Origin: Octopus bimaculoides | Taxonomy: Eukaryota | Direction of reading: 5' to 3' | NCBI RefSeq assembly: GCF_001194135.2 | Contig: NC_069003.1 | Coordinates: 32,022,089 to 32,086,088 of the forward strand | DNA: 64,000 nucleotides | In this document: positions 61,206-64,000 of the stretch, one piece after another | How the letters are laid out: each line of letters begins with the position of its first letter | Numbering within the stretch: the stretch's first letter is position 1 | Made by a program: the position numbers and the translations under genes | Notes under the pieces: generated by a model | The model's database searches: none | What the model was told of the DNA's origin: nothing | Seen by the model: only the letters and a program-made list of their open reading frames with translations

Positions 61206-63770
61206 ATTGTTGGGTTAGTGTTAAATGTGTGTGTATGTATACGTATGGTTGTGTGTTTATACATATAGATACACGTGTGTGTGTAGGTTTTCGTATATTT
61301 AGATACGTGTGTGTGTGTATGCAGATGTGTAAGTGGGTGTATACAGATATGTGTAAGTGTGTGTATATGCAGATGTGTGTAAATGTGTGTGTATGTAGAT
61401 ATGTGTATAGATGTGTGTGTATATGTAGATATATGTGTTGATGTGTGTGTATGCAGATATATATGTAGATGTGTGTGTGTATGTAGATATATGTGTATGT
61501 AAGTATATATATATATATAGATAGATGTGTGTGTGTGTGTGCATATGTTGATATGTGTGTCTACATATTAGTGAGTGTGTGTGGGTGTGTGTACAGAAAA
61601 AATATTTAGGGTAACAGAACAAATGTTTAAAGTTTATTTGTATGATTTAGAAATTAGAAAAGAAAAATAGTAAACGTGGGCAAATTATGAAATATAGACA
61701 GACTTGTGTACTTTAATTATCGATATAAGATCGCTGACGTTCCAATCGTGACCATCCAGTTTTTCAGTTAGACATATTGTATTTAGAACTACGTTATTCT
61801 GTGTATCCTCCCTTATTAAGAGACAGTGGGGAATGATTTAACTATGGGATTCATTTTATAAGGCAACGGAACAATTTACATAGATTCGCTTGTTATTTAG
61901 CACCAGGTAAGCTTTGAATGAGCAAATCTATGGAGACGAAAATATTCTAATCATGGCTAGCACATCTTGTTATTTTTAGGCATAAGTGTATCTAGGACTA
62001 AATTATACCCTTGTGTTTTCAACGAAGTAGGATGTATGAGCGAGGAAGTGGAATTTTGTTTCTATTTCTAGCAAGTCGAGCGACCCACCACATACAAGAC
62101 TAGCAAACTAGAGAGCCTTCCTTGAAAAGATAACTTGACCTGCTAGTTCTAACGACCAAATTACCCCCAAATGACACCCTACTACCTTATTAAAAAAGGA
62201 GAGACACATTGGATAACGTTGTCCTAGATATATTGTATGTTGATAGATGGGATGGCCACGATTGAAGCACCTTTGATCATAAGTCTTTTTCGATCAGGGC
62301 TGACTTAGGGTTAAACAGTTTCCTTTTAGTTTTTCGCTTAAAAGGAATTGTTAAAAAGATCTAAGACACTAGACGATAATGTTTAAAAAATGTTTATGTA
62401 ATCTTTAAAAAGAAATGTTTGTAAATGTTTGATTTATTAAACAAATTTCATTCCACTGTAAATATATTGTTAGGAATATATCTAATTTATCGGCAAAGTA
62501 ATTATTCCCAAGAAAATCTATATTCATTGTTCAATAAAAGACAGATTGTTAATAATTGTCTCAATCGGTGAGAAATAAGGATGTTTTGGGGTTTTTTCCT
62601 GTTATAACATGCCATTCCTAGTACACCCACCTTCTTTTTTCTAGATAAAAAATCATAAGGGGGAATGTAGTTCATACCCAATTCAATCCCTAATCAAGCT
62701 GATGTATAATCAAAACCGTTCCATTTATGACCATCTAGTCCTTCCTTTTAAAGACAAAGTATTAACTAAGGACTAGGTTATTAAAAGTGTTCTTTTTTTT
62801 TTGAGACAACAGAGTGCGGTATTAAGGAAGCTGCTTATATTTCTTTAAAAATCGAGCGATTACATTCAAAAACACCCTGTACTATTTTGCTTCAACCCTG
62901 ACCAAATGATCTATGATGGAAACAAACTATTCCAGTCATGACTATCACGCTTGATTTTTTTTTTTTTGAAGGCATAGTGTTTGTTATTTAGGACTTATAT
63001 TATCGAATGTCTTTTATATGTTTGACACTAGGGTGGTATGTGATTTGAGAGCATTTTTAACGTCCATGTAGTGGCTCCCTGGCTTTTAGTAGAACAGGGT
63101 GGGGGAGTTAGCATTTTTGGAATTGTTCCTTCTACATTATACGTGGAGGGTTTTTTTTTAATATTTTAAACTTCTCTGCACTTTTATTCTTTCCGTACCG
63201 TCTTAAAATGGAATGGGCAGGCTTGCTGATTGGAACGTGTGTTGTTTTTAAAAGACATTAATTTGTACCCTTAGCTATCTTCAACCTTGTTCGCGTTAAC
63301 GAGGGAGCATTTACGGACTGCTAGAAACAGCAGCTAAATCTCCCTTAAATCACATCTTACCGGCTTAAAAAAAAGGAAGCAATGTGCAAATAATGTAATC
63401 CCAGATTTTACTTATATATGGAAAAAAAAAGTGCGACTAAGTTACAAGAACGAGCCTCTTCATGACCTTTCGAACTGCTTGAAATAGTAGTCAAATCTTC
63501 TTATCTTATCGCATTGTGTAAAAAATAATAAAAAGAAGAAATATAGCCCGATGTAAATTACACACCATCTGAATAAAGTACGGAATAGTCACAAGTGAAA
63601 TGCTTTTGTTTCTAAGTCTTGCTGACCTAGGGTTAAACATCTGTACCAACAACAGCACATCGGCAAGGGAGTGTGATTGTTCAACTTGCTAGAAATAGTA
63701 GCCAAATCTCCATCAAATCTCATCTTACCGTCTTAAAAATAAGAGCTTTTGGATGACATACCTTTAGAAC
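60100..63770. repeat. Dense cluster of unclassified interspersed repeat family H in intron 1 of the CARD gene
   Basis: More than 10 diverged copies of ctgatcgaacagacctatgatcaaaggcattccag..gtgaccatcccg and gatttggctgctatttctagcaggtcgagcgacc; same family at about 3481-3600, 33430-33590 and 56380-57650. Confidence 0.7.
61135..61590. repeat. (AT)n/(GT)n-derived degenerate minisatellite (units like gtgtgtatgcagatgt)
   Basis: Read directly; explains ORFs 61079-61622. Confidence 0.85.
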
Positions 63771-63942
63771 CGGTCTTTGTTTATGCTCCCCGTAACTTAG
63801 CAGTTCGGCATAAGAGACCGATAGAATATGTACCAGGCTTAAAAATAAAGATAAGAACTTGAGTCTATTTGTCCGACTAGACCCCTTCAAGGCGGTGCCC
63901 CGTCACAGTCCAATGAATGAAAAAAAGTAGACACGTTGTTTG

Positions 63943-63985
<43 letters not shown>

Positions 63986-64000
63986 GACAAGATGGTCACA

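Overview
AT-rich, microsatellite- and transposon-dense animal genomic DNA with nine N gaps. The repeat landscape looks like a coleoid cephalopod, most likely Octopus (inference). Two genes can be reconstructed by hand with consistent GT-AG sites and reading phases, both on the minus strand: MRGBP (4 coding exons, 9134-12619, 204 aa) and LEO1 of the PAF1 complex (13 coding exons, 18013-58386, about 940 aa, with a 22.5-kb first intron and an expanded Ser/Pro repeat exon). A third gene starts head-to-head with LEO1 on the plus strand; only its first coding exon, a CARD death-fold domain (59672-59951), is in the window. A tentative fourth gene is a phase-consistent 4-exon, 54-aa plus-strand model at 3456-5795. 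The rest is SINEs, piggyBac-, hAT- and Tc1/mariner-type MITEs, degraded mariner transposase, RTE/CR1/other LINE and Penelope fragments, a Helentron-like element and simple repeats. I found no CRISPR, rRNA or genuine tRNA gene, and nothing I can support as a new multi-gene system. The best leads are the candidate microprotein gene, the LEO1 repeat expansion, the unidentified CARD gene with its shared promoter, and an apparent CpG-decay (methylation) footprint. All coordinates were read by eye; no searches or computations were run.
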